A program made the position numbers and the translations under genes. Shown here in pieces: positions 11,026 to 22,350 of a DNA stretch of 64,000 nt. Below the pieces are notes generated by a model, which did no database searches, had not been told where the DNA came from, and was given only the letters and a program-made list of their open reading frames with translations. The stretch spans positions 17,798 through 81,797 of the forward strand of contig NZ_JAUMZR010000001.1 of the NCBI RefSeq assembly GCF_030528045.1, read 5' to 3'. Origin of the DNA: Streptococcus sp. Its GTDB lineage: Bacteria > Bacillota > Bacilli > Lactobacillales > Streptococcaceae. Within the stretch, counting starts at the first letter, position 1. Every line of letters begins with the position of its first letter.

Positions 11026-13422
11026 ATGGCTATTGCAAAGATTATCGTGGATGTTCCCCTGATGCAGACGGACCAGCCATACAGCTACAAGGTCCCTGAG
11101 GAATTTGTAGACATGTTGGAAGTCGGTATGCGGGTCCATGTCCCCTTCGGTAAGGGCAATCGTTTGATTCAAGGGATTGTGCTAGGCTTGGAGTCCCAGT
11201 TGGATGAAGAGGTTGCCGATCAGGACTTGAAGGAGATTGCAGATGTGCTAGATTTTTCCCCGGTTCTCACTCAAGAGCAACTCTGGTTGGCTGAGGAATT
11301 ACGCAAGTCTGTCTTTTCTTATAAAATCTCCATTCTAAAAGCCATGTTGCCGGGATTTTTAAACTCCAGTTATGATAAGATTCTCTATCCTTTAGAAGGT
11401 CTCAGTCAGGCAGACAAAGAGCACTTGTTTGGTCCCGAAGATTCGCTAGCCTTTTCTTCTCTAGACCTTGCCAAACAGGCAGAAATGATGAGCTTGACGA
11501 GAAAAGGTCTACTCCGTTTAGAATACCAGGCAATCGATCAAAAGAAGGTCAAGACCCAGTCTTGGTATGAGGTTGATGCTACTCGACTAGAGCAGATTGA
11601 GATTTCTGCGCGTGCCAAGAAAAAGGCAGAGCTGAGAGACTATCTGCTGTCTCATCCTGAAAGTGCTCCTCTGGCTAGCTTGTTAGAATCCTATTCACGG
11701 GAGCAAGTCAACTTTTTTGTGGATCAAGGGGCTCTATCTCTAGTCCAAATGGAAGTCCAACGCTCGGCTGCTTATTTTGAAGGGATTGAAGCAAGTACAC
11801 CTTTGGAATTGAATCCAGAACAAAGACAGGCGCGTGATGCCGTTGTCAGTGCTATTGGCAGTCAACAGCCTCCCTTCCTCCTTCAAGGGATTACAGGGAG
11901 TGGGAAGACAGAGGTTTACTTACAAATTATCCAAGGAGCCTTGGACAAGGGTAAGACAGCCATTTTGCTGGTACCTGAGATCTCCCTGACACCACAAATG
12001 ACGGAGCGTTTCATTGCTCGCTTCGGTGAGAAAGTAGCCATTCTTCACTCAGGCTTGTCCAATGGTGAAAAGTACGACGAATGGCGCAAGGTAGAACGCG
12101 GTGATGCCCAAGTTGTTGTTGGCGCTCGATCAGCTATTTTTGCCCCTTTGAAAAATCTGGGTGTCATGATTATCGATGAAGAACATGAAGCTAGCTACAA
12201 ACAAGACAGCAATCCCCGTTATCATGCCAGAGAGGTCGCCATTCTACGGGCCCAGTACAATCAAGCAGCCCTAGTCCTTGGCTCAGCGACACCGAGCTTA
12301 GAAAGCCGTGCGCGGGCTGGAAAAGGTGTCTATCAACACTTACGTCTGACCCAACGGGCCAATCCTTTAGCCACTATTCCTGAGGTTCAAGTGATTGATT
12401 TTCGAGACTATATCGGGCAGAATGAGACGTCAAACTTTACGCCCCCTTTGCTAGAAGCCATCCAAGACCGTTTGGATAAAAAAGAGCAGGTAGTTCTTAT
12501 GCTCAACCGTCGGGGTTATTCTAGCTTTGTTATGTGTCGGGAGTGTGGGACGGTAGATAGCTGCCCCAACTGCGATATTTCTCTGACTCTCCACATGGAT
12601 ACCAAGACCATGAACTGCCATTACTGTGGCTTTTCTAAGGGAATTCCTCATGTCTGCCCCAACTGTCAGAGCCGCAGTATTCGTTACTACGGGACGGGGA
12701 CTCAGAAAGCCTATGATGAGCTAGCAGAGCTCTTTCCTCAGGCACGCATTCTGCGGATGGATGTGGATACGACCCGCAGGAAGGGCAGTCACCAAGCTCT
12801 TCTTGACCAGTTTGGTCAAGGCGAAGCAGATATCTTGCTGGGAACTCAGATGATTGCCAAGGGCTTGGATTTTCCAAATGTGACTTTGGTTGGTGTGCTC
12901 AATGCGGACACGGCCCTAAACTTACCTGATTTCCGTTCTTCCGAGAGAACCTTCCAGCTCTTAACTCAGGTGGCTGGTCGGGCTGGACGTGCGGAAAAAG
13001 CTGGGCAGGTCTTGATTCAGTCATACAATCCTGAGCATTATGCTATTCGTTTTGCCAAAGACCAAAACTACGAAGGCTTTTACACTTATGAAATGGGCAT
13101 CAGGCGCCAACTCGGCTATCCGCCTTATTATTTTACGATTGGGATTACCCTCTCTCACAAGAAAGAAGAAGAGGTTGTCAAACGTGCCTATGAAGTCATG
13201 GGAATTTTGCGCTCAGGTTTATCGGAAACTAGTAAAATCCTTGGACCAACGCCAAAACCCATTGCTCGTACCCACAACCTTTATCATTACCAGATTTTAA
13301 TTAAATACCGTTTAGAAGATGAGCTGGGACCGACTCTCAACCAGGTCTTGGCCTTGACTCAAGAACGGGAAAATAGCGAGCTTCGTCTCAGTATTGACCA
13401 TGAGCCGCAGCAATTTTTATAA
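11026..13422 (+). CDS. priA: Primosomal protein N' (replication restart helicase PriA)
   Basis: 798 aa with Walker A GITGSGKT, a DEEH box and a Cys-rich zinc-binding region (CRECG...CPNC...CHYCG...CPNC). Confidence 0.95.
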   Translation: MAIAKIIVDVPLMQTDQPYSYKVPEEFVDMLEVGMRVHVPFGKGNRLIQGIVLGLESQLDEEVADQDLKEIADVLDFSPVLTQEQLWLAEELRKSVFSYKISILKAMLPGFLNSSYDKILYPLEGLSQADKEHLFGPEDSLAFSSLDLAKQAEMMSLTRKGLLRLEYQAIDQKKVKTQSWYEVDATRLEQIEISARAKKKAELRDYLLSHPESAPLASLLESYSREQVNFFVDQGALSLVQMEVQRSAAYFEGIEASTPLELNPEQRQARDAVVSAIGSQQPPFLLQGITGSGKTEVYLQIIQGALDKGKTAILLVPEISLTPQMTERFIARFGEKVAILHSGLSNGEKYDEWRKVERGDAQVVVGARSAIFAPLKNLGVMIIDEEHEASYKQDSNPRYHAREVAILRAQYNQAALVLGSATPSLESRARAGKGVYQHLRLTQRANPLATIPEVQVIDFRDYIGQNETSNFTPPLLEAIQDRLDKKEQVVLMLNRRGYSSFVMCRECGTVDSCPNCDISLTLHMDTKTMNCHYCGFSKGIPHVCPNCQSRSIRYYGTGTQKAYDELAELFPQARILRMDVDTTRRKGSHQALLDQFGQGEADILLGTQMIAKGLDFPNVTLVGVLNADTALNLPDFRSSERTFQLLTQVAGRAGRAEKAGQVLIQSYNPEHYAIRFAKDQNYEGFYTYEMGIRRQLGYPPYYFTIGITLSHKKEEEVVKRAYEVMGILRSGLSETSKILGPTPKPIARTHNLYHYQILIKYRLEDELGPTLNQVLALTQERENSELRLSIDHEPQQFL

Positions 13423-13434
13423 GAAGGAGAAGAA

Positions 13435-14370
13435 ATGACAAAACTAATCTTTATGGGGACACCCGACTTTTCAGCGACAGTCTTAAAAGGACTTTTGACA
13501 GACGACCGTTACGAGATTCTAGCTGTTGTGACCCAGCCAGATCGCGCTGTCGGCCGTAAAAAAGTGATCCAAGAAACCCCGGTCAAGCAGGCTGCCAAAG
13601 AAGCAGGCCTTCCTATCTACCAGCCTGAAAAATTATCTGGAAGTCCAGAGATGGAAGCCATTATGAAGCTAGGAGCGGATGGGATTGTGACTGCTGCTTT
13701 TGGACAATTTCTCCCAAGTAAACTCCTTGATAGCATGGATTTTGCGGTCAACGTTCACGCTTCCCTTCTTCCAAAACACCGTGGTGGCGCCCCCATTCAT
13801 TATGCCTTGATTCAAGGGGATAAGGAAGCTGGTGTGACCATTATGGAGATGGTTAAGGAAATGGATGCAGGGGATATGATTTCCCGTCGCAGTATTCCTA
13901 TCACAGATGAGGACAATGTCGGAACCTTGTTTGAAAAATTGGCAATCGTTGGTCGCGATTTGCTTTTGGATACGCTACCTGGCTATATAGCTGGTGAAAT
14001 TCAGCCAGAACCGCAAGATACAAACCAGGTTACATTTTCTCCAAATATTAAGCCAGAAGAAGAGAAACTCGATTGGACTAAAACCAATCGCCAACTCTTC
14101 AACCAAATCAGAGGGATGAATCCATGGCCTGTTGCCCACACTTTTCTCAAGGGAGACCGCTTTAAAATTTATGAAGCTCTACCAGTAGAAGGTCAGGGAA
14201 ATCCAGGTGAGCTTTTGTCTATTAGCAAGAAGGAATTGATCGTCGCAACGGCAGAAGGTGCCCTATCTCTCAAGCAAGTCCAGCCAGCTGGAAAGCCTAA
14301 GATGGACATTTCTTCCTTCCTCAATGGAGTTGGACGGACATTGACTGTAGGAGAACGATTTGGTGACTAA
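13435..14370 (+). CDS. fmt: Methionyl-tRNA formyltransferase
   Basis: Formyltransferase motifs ([16 protein letters not shown]). priA-fmt-rsmB synteny. Confidence 0.95.
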   Translation: MTKLIFMGTPDFSATVLKGLLTDDRYEILAVVTQPDRAVGRKKVIQETPVKQAAKEAGLPIYQPEKLSGSPEMEAIMKLGADGIVTAAFGQFLPSKLLDSMDFAVNVHASLLPKHRGGAPIHYALIQGDKEAGVTIMEMVKEMDAGDMISRRSIPITDEDNVGTLFEKLAIVGRDLLLDTLPGYIAGEIQPEPQDTNQVTFSPNIKPEEEKLDWTKTNRQLFNQIRGMNPWPVAHTFLKGDRFKIYEALPVEGQGNPGELLSISKKELIVATAEGALSLKQVQPAGKPKMDISSFLNGVGRTLTVGERFGD

Positions 14371-15676
14371 AGTAGAAACGGCTAGAAGTCTTGCTCTAGC
14401 AGTGCTAGAGGATGTTTTGGTTAACCAAGCATATTCCAATATTGCCTTAAATAAACACCTCAAGGGCAGTCAACTCTCAGTAGCAGATAAGGGGTTGGTG
14501 ACAGAGATTGTCTACGGAACGGTAGCTCGTAAACTGACTCTGGAATGGTACCTGTCCCACTTTATCCAAGACAGAGATAAGTTAGATAACTGGCTCTATA
14601 TCCTGCTCCTTCTGAGCGCTTACCAACTTCGGTATCTGGATAAGATTCCTAATCACGCTGTTGTTAATGAAGCGGTAGATCTAGCCAAAGCCCGTAAAAA
14701 AGGCAGTGAAAAATTAGTCAACGCCATCCTTCGTCGTATCTTGCGAGAAGGTTGGCCAGATATTGACAGCATCAAACGAAAAAATAAGCGTGATTCCATT
14801 GCCTATTCTCTCCCAGTTTGGCTAGTATCTAAGTTCAAGGAAGAATACGGCGAAGAGCAAGCCCAAGCCATTTTTGAAAGCCTATTGGTGCGTAACAAAG
14901 CCAGTATTCGAGTGACAGACTTGAGCCGAAAAGAGGAAATCAAATCCGTTTTAGAGGCGAGTGATTCACCTTTGGCGGCCACTGGTCTGGTCAAGGAGCA
15001 AGGCCACTTTGCAGGTCATGATTTGTTCGCAGAAGGGGCTATAACCATCCAAGACGAGTCCAGTCAATTGGTTGCTCCGACTCTTGATTTACAAGGTGAT
15101 GAACAGGTCCTAGATGCCTGTGCCGCTCCGGGTGGAAAAACAGCCCATATGGCTTCTTACCTCACATCCGGTAAGGTGACTGCTCTGGACTTGTATGACC
15201 ATAAGTTGGACTTGATCCAAGAAAATGCGGAGCGTTTGGGTGTGGCAGATCGAGTGCAAACGCAAAAATTGGATGCCAGAAAGGTACATGAGTTTTTTGC
15301 TCAGGCTTCATTTGATAAGATTTTGGTAGATGCTCCCTGTTCTGGGATTGGACTTTTACGCCGCAAACCAGACATCAAATACAATAAAGAAACAGCAGAT
15401 TTCATGTCCTTACAGGAAATTCAGCTGGAAATATTAGGTAGTGTTTGTCAAACGCTACGAAAAGGTGGTATAATAACTTATAGTACCTGTACTATTGTCT
15501 CTGAGGAGAACTTTCAAGTCGTTGAGGCGTTTTTAGAAAGTCATCCCGAGTTCGAGCAGGTTAAACTAGAACACGAATGTAAAGATATCCTGAAAGATGG
15601 CTGCATCCTGATCACTCCTGAATTGTATGGAAGTGATGGATTTTTTATCAGCCAATTTCGCAAGATATCAGAATAG
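14360..15676 (+). CDS. rsmB: 16S rRNA (cytosine967-C5)-methyltransferase RsmB
   Basis: NusB-like N-terminus plus a methyltransferase domain ([10 protein letters not shown]...DAPCSG). The TTG/GTG start overlaps the fmt stop. Confidence 0.9.
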   Translation: MVTKVETARSLALAVLEDVLVNQAYSNIALNKHLKGSQLSVADKGLVTEIVYGTVARKLTLEWYLSHFIQDRDKLDNWLYILLLLSAYQLRYLDKIPNHAVVNEAVDLAKARKKGSEKLVNAILRRILREGWPDIDSIKRKNKRDSIAYSLPVWLVSKFKEEYGEEQAQAIFESLLVRNKASIRVTDLSRKEEIKSVLEASDSPLAATGLVKEQGHFAGHDLFAEGAITIQDESSQLVAPTLDLQGDEQVLDACAAPGGKTAHMASYLTSGKVTALDLYDHKLDLIQENAERLGVADRVQTQKLDARKVHEFFAQASFDKILVDAPCSGIGLLRRKPDIKYNKETADFMSLQEIQLEILGSVCQTLRKGGIITYSTCTIVSEENFQVVEAFLESHPEFEQVKLEHECKDILKDGCILITPELYGSDGFFISQFRKISE

Positions 15677-15691
15677 GAAGGAACTGACACA

Positions 15692-16432
15692 ATGGAAATA
15701 GCATTATTAACAGATGTTGGTCAGAAACGGACAAATAATCAGGACTATGTCAATCACTTTGTCAACCGAGCAGGACGCACTATGATCATCTTGGCTGACG
15801 GGATGGGAGGACACCGTGCAGGAAATATCGCTAGTGAGATGGCGGTAACAGACCTTGGTGTGGCTTGGGTGGATACCCAAATTGACTCAGTCAATGAAGT
15901 TCGTGAGTGGTTTGCCCACTACCTGGAGATTGAAAATCAAAAAATTCATCAACTAGGTCAGGACGAAGCCTACAGAGGTATGGGAACAACGCTAGAAGCT
16001 GTTGCTTTTATTGACAACCAAGCCATCTATGCTCACATTGGAGATTCTCGTATCGGTTTGATTCGTGGAGAAGAATACCACCAGTTGACAAGTGACCATT
16101 CTTTGGTCAATGAATTGCTCAAGGCTGGTCAATTGACTCCAGAAGAAGCAGAAACTCACCCTCAAAAGAATATCATCACCCAGTCTATCGGACAAAAAGA
16201 TGAAATCCAGCCAGATTTTGGGATGATTACACTGGAGTCAGGAGATTATCTCTTGCTCAATAGTGATGGTTTGACCAATATGATTTCGGCAAGTGAGATT
16301 TATGATATCGTAACCAGCGATATTTCCCTAGCAGACAAGGCGGCAACCCTTATTCGTTTCGCTAACAATGCAGGAGGTTTAGACAACATTACGGTTGCCC
16401 TTGTTTACATGAACGAGGAGGCAGCAGAATGA
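15692..16432 (+). CDS. phpP: PP2C-family Ser/Thr protein phosphatase
   Basis: PP2C motifs (ADGMGGH...NSDGL). Translationally coupled to the downstream kinase through a 4-nt overlap. Confidence 0.9.
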   Translation: MEIALLTDVGQKRTNNQDYVNHFVNRAGRTMIILADGMGGHRAGNIASEMAVTDLGVAWVDTQIDSVNEVREWFAHYLEIENQKIHQLGQDEAYRGMGTTLEAVAFIDNQAIYAHIGDSRIGLIRGEEYHQLTSDHSLVNELLKAGQLTPEEAETHPQKNIITQSIGQKDEIQPDFGMITLESGDYLLLNSDGLTNMISASEIYDIVTSDISLADKAATLIRFANNAGGLDNITVALVYMNEEAAE

Positions 16433-18330
16433 TCCAAATCGGCAAGATTTTTGCCGGGCGGTATCGGATTGTCAAGCAGATTGGTCGAGGAGGCATGGCA
16501 GATGTTTACTTGGCCAAGGATTTGATCCTAGACGGGGAAGAAGTGGCAGTGAAGGTCCTGAGGACCAACTACCAGACGGACCCGATTGCTGTGGCACGTT
16601 TCCAACGTGAAGCGAGGGCCATGGCGGATCTGGACCATCCTCATATCGTTCGGATAACAGATATTGGTGAGGAAGACGGTCAACAGTACCTAGCTATGGA
16701 ATACGTAGCAGGCCTTGACCTCAAGCGTTATATCAAAGAACACTATCCTCTTTCAAATGAAGAAGCGGTTCGGATCATGGGGCAAATCCTCTTGGCCATG
16801 CGCTTAGCCCATACTCGAGGAATCGTTCACCGGGATTTGAAACCTCAAAATATCCTCTTGACACCCGACGGCACAGCTAAGGTCACGGACTTTGGGATTG
16901 CCGTAGCCTTTGCGGAGACTAGTCTGACCCAGACAAACTCAATGTTAGGCTCTGTTCATTATTTGTCACCTGAACAAGCGCGTGGTTCTAAAGCGACCTT
17001 CCAGAGTGATATCTATGCAATGGGGATTATCTTCTATGAGATGCTGACGGGACATATCCCTTATGATGGGGATAGTGCGGTTACGATTGCCCTCCAGCAT
17101 TTCCAGAAGCCACTTCCGTCCGTCATAGCTGAAAACCCATCTGTCCCTCAGGCTTTAGAAAATGTTGTCATCAAGGCAACTGCTAAGAAACTGTCAGATC
17201 GTTATCAGTCTGTTTCAGAAATGTATGTGGACTTGTCAACTAGCTTGTCTTATAATCGTCGCAATGAACCGAAACTGGTCTTTGACGATACGAGTAAGGC
17301 AGACACTAAGACTTTACCTAAAGTCCCACAAAGTACACTAACATCGATTCCTAAAGCTCCGGCGCAAGAAGAACGCCCTCAGCCAAAGAAACCAACTCAA
17401 CCAGTGGCAGAACCGGCTCCAGCGCCAAAACCAGCCAAGAAACGGAAGTTTAAGGCTCGCTATATGATTCTTTTGGCCAGTCTTCTATTGGTTGCAGCCT
17501 CTTTGGTCTGGATTTTGTCAAGAACACCAGCAACGATTGCTATTCCTGACGTGGCTGGACAAACCGTTGCAGAGGCTAAGGAAGCTCTTAAAAAATCCAA
17601 GTTTGAAGCTGGTGAAGAAAAGTCAGAGGCCAGCGATACCGTAGCAGAAGGACGAGTTATTCGAACGGATCCAGAAGCTGGTAGCGGCCGAAAAGAAGGA
17701 ACCAAGGTCAATTTGATAGTTTCTTCTGGTAAGCAATCCTTCCAATTGAGCAATTATGTCGGACGCAAGTATACGGATGTCGTAGCCGAACTCAAGGAGA
17801 AGAAGGTTCCTGAAAATCTAATCAAGATGGAAGAGGAAGAATCCAATGAAAGCGAACCTGGAATCGTCCTCAGACAGACCCCTACTTCGGGTTCGACTTA
17901 TGATCTCTCAAAAGCCACTACGATTACCTTAACAGTGGCTAAGAAGGTGACTAGTGTCAGCATGCCGAACTACATCGGTTCAAGTCTCGAGTTTACAAAG
18001 AATAACTTGACTCAAATTGTCGGTGTGAAGGAAGCAAATATTGAGGTTGTAGAAGTATCGACTGCTCCTGAAGGAACCGCAGAAGGAACTGTTGTAAGTC
18101 AAACGCCAAGAGCAGGAGAACAGGTTGATCTTGCAAGTACGCGTATCAAACTTTCTATCTACAAACCAAAAACACCGCCATCAACTTCATCCTCTAATCC
18201 TGCCCAACGTGGGAACCAAGGTTCTACAACCACTCCAAACCAGGGGAACCAACAAGGAAATCAACAAGGGAACACTCCTTCTAGTAGTTCATCCAATAGT
18301 GAAGGAACTCACGAAAGTTCTCGAGATTAA
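16429..18330 (+). CDS. stkP: Eukaryotic-type Ser/Thr protein kinase with PASTA repeats
   Basis: Kinase catalytic loop [10 protein letters not shown] and DFG motif, a TM segment, repeated PASTA-like modules, and a low-complexity [11 protein letters not shown] tail. Confidence 0.9.
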   Translation: MIQIGKIFAGRYRIVKQIGRGGMADVYLAKDLILDGEEVAVKVLRTNYQTDPIAVARFQREARAMADLDHPHIVRITDIGEEDGQQYLAMEYVAGLDLKRYIKEHYPLSNEEAVRIMGQILLAMRLAHTRGIVHRDLKPQNILLTPDGTAKVTDFGIAVAFAETSLTQTNSMLGSVHYLSPEQARGSKATFQSDIYAMGIIFYEMLTGHIPYDGDSAVTIALQHFQKPLPSVIAENPSVPQALENVVIKATAKKLSDRYQSVSEMYVDLSTSLSYNRRNEPKLVFDDTSKADTKTLPKVPQSTLTSIPKAPAQEERPQPKKPTQPVAEPAPAPKPAKKRKFKARYMILLASLLLVAASLVWILSRTPATIAIPDVAGQTVAEAKEALKKSKFEAGEEKSEASDTVAEGRVIRTDPEAGSGRKEGTKVNLIVSSGKQSFQLSNYVGRKYTDVVAELKEKKVPENLIKMEEEESNESEPGIVLRQTPTSGSTYDLSKATTITLTVAKKVTSVSMPNYIGSSLEFTKNNLTQIVGVKEANIEVVEVSTAPEGTAEGTVVSQTPRAGEQVDLASTRIKLSIYKPKTPPSTSSSNPAQRGNQGSTTTPNQGNQQGNQQGNTPSSSSSNSEGTHESSRD

Positions 18331-18334
18331 ACGA

Positions 18335-18370
18335 ATCTTTGTCATGAATTCATGACAAAGATTTTTTTTC
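18335..18370 (+). terminator. Rho-independent terminator after stkP
   Basis: Perfect hairpin atctttgtcatgaattcatgacaaagat followed by T8. Confidence 0.8.
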
Positions 18371-18417
18371 ACAAGATTTTGTGATAAAATATAGGAAGTA
18401 GAAAAAAGGAGGAGAAA

Positions 18418-19176
18418 ATGGACGAATCGAGAGAGTTGAATGCCGTCATTGGTGTGATTATGCTAGCAGGAACCATTCTCCTGAAAAGTGGCTCAGAGAT
18501 TCATCGGGTTGAGGATACTATGATCCGTATTGCCCATTCGCAGGGAATAATGGATTGCAATGTTCTTGCCATGCCTGCAGCTATTTTCTTTTCTATTGAA
18601 AACACCAATATTTCTCGGATGAAACGGGTGACCTCATCCTCTTATAACATTGAAAAAGTCTGTGATGTCAACCAAGTATCACGGGAGCTTGTCGGAGGGC
18701 AGATTGATCTTTCGACAGCCTTTAAAAAGCTGAAAGAAATCGGCAATCAAGCCCTTCCTTATACCAAGTTCCAAGTAACCGTAGCAGCGACCCTCAGTGC
18801 CCCTTTCTTCTCGATTATGTTTGGGGGCAATGTCTATGACGCTTTTGGTGCGGCTATTGCGACCTTATTTGGATTTGCCTTCTCTCTCTATGTAGAGAAG
18901 TTTGTCCGCATTCCTTTTGTAACGGCCTTTGCGGGTGCCTTTGTTTTCGGATTGATTGCCCAGTTCTGGGCCCGCCACACAGGATTTCCTTCGACGGCAG
19001 ACCTGATTATAGCAGGAGCGGTTATGCCCTTTGTTCCAGGCATTGCTCTGACAAATGCGGTACGGGATATCATGACCAACCATATCAACTCTGGTATGAG
19101 CAAGATGTTTGAATCTTTGCTCATTACCCTCGCTTTAGGGGCTGGCACCTCTGTCGCCCTGGTTTTGATGACATAA
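18418..19176 (+). CDS. Threonine/serine exporter family protein (ThrE N-terminal-like, DUF1212)
   Basis: 252 aa multi-TM protein. A two-gene arrangement with the downstream small TM protein is typical of split ThrE/YjjP-YjjB. Confidence 0.65.
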   Translation: MDESRELNAVIGVIMLAGTILLKSGSEIHRVEDTMIRIAHSQGIMDCNVLAMPAAIFFSIENTNISRMKRVTSSSYNIEKVCDVNQVSRELVGGQIDLSTAFKKLKEIGNQALPYTKFQVTVAATLSAPFFSIMFGGNVYDAFGAAIATLFGFAFSLYVEKFVRIPFVTAFAGAFVFGLIAQFWARHTGFPSTADLIIAGAVMPFVPGIALTNAVRDIMTNHINSGMSKMFESLLITLALGAGTSVALVLMT

Positions 19177-19177
19177 G

Positions 19178-19633
19178 ATGACTCTAACAAGTATTTTGCT
19201 CCAAGCAGTGGCGAGTTTACTCGCCATTATCACCTTTCTAATCGTACTGAATGTTCAACGCTCCATGCTCCTACCTGGTGGTATTTTGGGAATGGGCGTT
19301 TGGCTCCTCTATCTCGTGCTCAAAGAACCAACCAATGTTATTATTGCGACCTTTATCGCAGCAGTAATTGGCTCTTGCATCAGTCAGATTTTAAGTATTG
19401 TCTATAAGACACCAGCGGTGGTCTTTGTCTTGGCCATTCTTGCCCCCTTGGTGCCAGGTTATTTATCCTATCGAACGACAGCTTTCTTTGTGACAGGCGA
19501 TTACAGCCATGCAATTGCTAGCGCGACTTTGGTGGTTATGTTAGCTCTTGTTATTTCTATTGGAATGGCAAGTGGAACGGTAATTCTAAAGCTTTATTAC
19601 TACATCTGCAAACAACGAGGAATCTCTTCCTAA
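19178..19633 (+). CDS. Threonine/serine exporter family small subunit (YjjB-like, DUF3815)
   Basis: 151 aa, 4-5 TM. Its start overlaps the upstream stop (ATGA). Confidence 0.6.
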   Translation: MTLTSILLQAVASLLAIITFLIVLNVQRSMLLPGGILGMGVWLLYLVLKEPTNVIIATFIAAVIGSCISQILSIVYKTPAVVFVLAILAPLVPGYLSYRTTAFFVTGDYSHAIASATLVVMLALVISIGMASGTVILKLYYYICKQRGISS

Positions 19634-19645
19634 TACAATCAAAGC

Positions 19646-19677
19646 AAAGACTTGATTTGTTGAATCAAGTCTTTTTT
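19646..19677 (+). terminator. Rho-independent terminator
   Basis: aagacttgatt-tgt-tgaatcaagtctt followed by TTTTT. Confidence 0.7.
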
Positions 19678-19751
19678 CTCTCTTTTGTCCCTATTTGTGA
19701 TAAAATAGAATGAAACGATTTTTTACAATGAATGAAAAAACAGAGGTAAAT

Positions 19752-20924
19752 ATGACAATCGGTATTGATAAGATTGGTTTTGCGACCAGTCACTATGTCT
19801 TGAAATTACAAGACTTAGCAGAAGCGAGGGGAATTGACCCCGAAAAATTTAGCAAGGGACTCTTGTTAAATGAAATTAGTATTGCGCCACTGACTGAGGA
19901 CATTGTTACCTTGGCAGCTAGTGCAAGCAACTCTATTTTAACAGACAAAGAAAAAGAAGAAATCGATATGGTCATCGTGGCAACCGAGTCAGGGATTGAC
20001 CAGAGTAAGGCGGCAGCAGTCTTTGTTCATGGTCTGCTAGGCATCCAGCCTTTCGCCCGTAGCTTTGAAATCAAAGAAGCCTGCTATGGAGCAACAGCTG
20101 CCCTTCATTATGCCAAGTTACATGTGGAAAATTCTCCAGAGTCTAAGGTTCTGGTCATTGCCAGTGATATTGCCAAGTATGGTGTAGGAACTCCAGGTGA
20201 ACCAACTCAGGGTGCTGGAAGTGTGGCGATGCTAATCACTCAAAATCCGCGCATCATGGCCTTTAACAATGATAACGTTGCCCAAACGCGCGACATCATG
20301 GATTTCTGGCGTCCGAACTACTCAAGCACTCCTTATGTAAACGGCATGTACTCGACCCAACAGTATCTTGATTGCCTGACAACGACTTGGGATGAATACA
20401 AGAAACGCTATGATTGGACTATGGATGACTTTGTGGCTATCTGCTTCCACTTGCCTTATCCTAAGTTGGCCCTAAAAGGCTTGCGCAAGATGATGGACAA
20501 GACTCTATCTCAGGAGAAGCAGGATAGTTTGCAAGAAAACTTTGACAAATCCATTCTCTACAGTCAGATGATTGGGAATATCTATACAGGTTCCCTCTTC
20601 CTCGGTCTCCTCTCCCTTTTGGAAAATGCAGAGACTTTGAAGGCTGGCGATAAAATTGCCCTCTACAGTTACGGAAGTGGAGCGGTTTCAGAGTTCTTTA
20701 GTGGTGAGCTGGTCGAAGGCTATGAGGCTTACCTTGATAAGGATCGCTTGAGCAAACTCAAGCAACGTACAGCATTGTCTGTTACAGACTATGAAAAAGT
20801 CTTCTTCGAAGAATTGCAGTTGGATGAGTCTGGCTCAGCTCAATTTGCAGGTTATGAACATCAAGACTATGCCTTGGTTGAAATTGTCGACCACCAACGC
20901 CGTTATAGCAAGGTTGAAAAATAA
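19752..20924 (+). CDS. mvaS: Hydroxymethylglutaryl-CoA synthase
   Basis: MTIGIDKIGF N-terminus and catalytic Cys context (EACYGATAAL). The ATG at 19752 has a better RBS than the ORF-track start at 19710. Confidence 0.9.
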   Translation: MTIGIDKIGFATSHYVLKLQDLAEARGIDPEKFSKGLLLNEISIAPLTEDIVTLAASASNSILTDKEKEEIDMVIVATESGIDQSKAAAVFVHGLLGIQPFARSFEIKEACYGATAALHYAKLHVENSPESKVLVIASDIAKYGVGTPGEPTQGAGSVAMLITQNPRIMAFNNDNVAQTRDIMDFWRPNYSSTPYVNGMYSTQQYLDCLTTTWDEYKKRYDWTMDDFVAICFHLPYPKLALKGLRKMMDKTLSQEKQDSLQENFDKSILYSQMIGNIYTGSLFLGLLSLLENAETLKAGDKIALYSYGSGAVSEFFSGELVEGYEAYLDKDRLSKLKQRTALSVTDYEKVFFEELQLDESGSAQFAGYEHQDYALVEIVDHQRRYSKVEK

Positions 20925-22198
20925 TGAAGATAAGTTGGAATGGATTCTCTAAAAAAACATACCATGAGCGCCTTGAGTTGTTACAAGCTCAGGCGCTCCT
21001 TAGCCCTGAAAAGCAAACCAGTCTGGAGCAGGATGAACAAGTCAGCTTGGCAGTTGCAGATCAGCTGAGTGAGAATGTGGTAGGAACTTTTTCTCTGCCT
21101 TATTCCGTCATTCCAGAGCTTGTGGTGAATGGTCAGGACTACACAGTTCCCTATGTGACAGAAGAACCCTCAGTGGTTGCTGCGGCCAGCTATGCTAGCA
21201 AAATCATCAAGCGAGCAGGTGGTTTTACTGCTCAAGTACATGAGCGCCAGATGATCGGTCAGGTAGCCCTTTATCAAGTTGCTGATCCTGAACAAGCGCA
21301 AGAGAAGATTGCCAGCAAGAAAGCCGAACTCTTGGAACTTGCCAATCAAGCCTATCCTTCTATCGTCAAACGTGGTGGTGGGGCGCGTGATTTACATGTA
21401 GAGCAGATCAAAGGTGAAACAGACTTTTTCGTTGTTTATCTTCATGTCGATACCCAGGAAGCCATGGGAGCCAATATGCTCAACACCATGCTGGAAGCCT
21501 TGAAACCAGTCTTAGAAGAACTCAGTCAAGGGCAGAGTCTCATGGGAATCCTGTCCAATTACGCGACAGATTCTCTAGTGACAGCAAGCTGTCGTATCGC
21601 CTTTCGCTACTTGAGTCCCCAAAGGGACCAAGGACGAGAAATTGCGGAGAAAATAGCCTTGGCTAGCCGGTTTGCGCAGGCTGATCCTTACCGAGCAGCT
21701 ACTCATAATAAAGGGATTTTTAACGGTATTGATTCCATTTTGATTGCCACTGGTAATGACTGGCGTGCCATCGAAGCTGGGGGGCATGCCTTTGCCAGTC
21801 GAGATGGACGCTATCAAGGCCTCAGCCGATGGAGTCTAGATAGGGACTCAGAAGAATTGGTCGGTGAGATGACCCTACCCATGCCGGTAGCGACCAAGGG
21901 TGGCTCTATCGGTCTCAACCCTCGTGTTGCCCTCAGTCACGAACTACTAGGAAATCCTTCTGCCAAGGAATTAGCTCAGATTATCGTGTCCATCGGTCTT
22001 GCTCAAAACTTTGCGGCCCTCAAAGCCTTAGTAAGTACGGGCATCCAGCAAGGCCACATGAAATTGCAGGCCAAATCGCTAGCTCTCCTAGCAGGTGCTA
22101 GTGAGTCTGAAGTTGCTCCCCTCGTTGAGCGCCTCATCGCAGATAAAACCTTTAACTTAGAGACAGCCCAGCGCTATCTCGAAAACTTAAGATCATAA
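20924..22198 (+). CDS. mvaA: Hydroxymethylglutaryl-CoA reductase (class II)
   Basis: Class II HMGR motifs (ENVVGTFSLPY...DAMGANM...GTQGG-like). Overlaps the mvaS stop. Confidence 0.9.
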   Translation: MKISWNGFSKKTYHERLELLQAQALLSPEKQTSLEQDEQVSLAVADQLSENVVGTFSLPYSVIPELVVNGQDYTVPYVTEEPSVVAAASYASKIIKRAGGFTAQVHERQMIGQVALYQVADPEQAQEKIASKKAELLELANQAYPSIVKRGGGARDLHVEQIKGETDFFVVYLHVDTQEAMGANMLNTMLEALKPVLEELSQGQSLMGILSNYATDSLVTASCRIAFRYLSPQRDQGREIAEKIALASRFAQADPYRAATHNKGIFNGIDSILIATGNDWRAIEAGGHAFASRDGRYQGLSRWSLDRDSEELVGEMTLPMPVATKGGSIGLNPRVALSHELLGNPSAKELAQIIVSIGLAQNFAALKALVSTGIQQGHMKLQAKSLALLAGASESEVAPLVERLIADKTFNLETAQRYLENLRS

Positions 22199-22233
22199 AA
22201 AACTCAGACAAATCAGTCTGAGTTTTCTTGTGT
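22199..22233. terminator. Bidirectional rho-independent terminator between mvaA and scrR
   Basis: aaactcagac-aaat-cagtctgagttt flanked by T-runs on both strands. Confidence 0.75.
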
Positions 22234-22236
22234 TTA

Positions 22237-22350
22237 TACTCAATGAAAATCAAAAAGCAAACTAGGAAGCTAGCCGTAAGCTGTACTTGAGTGCGGTAAG
22301 GCGACGCTGACGTGGTTTGAAGAGATTTTCGAAGAGTATTAAATACTTTT
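22237..22350 (-). repeat. BOX element (boxA-boxC type)
   Basis: About 110 bp with terminal inverted repeats (atactc..gaaaatc). It contains ggtaaggcgacgctgacg, which matches the BOXA1R primer region of pneumococcal BOX elements with one mismatch. Intergenic between convergent genes. Confidence 0.7.

Noticed and set aside
12451-12877. Two minus-strand ORFs inside priA
   Set aside because: They are antisense to the PriA zinc-binding region, with no support.
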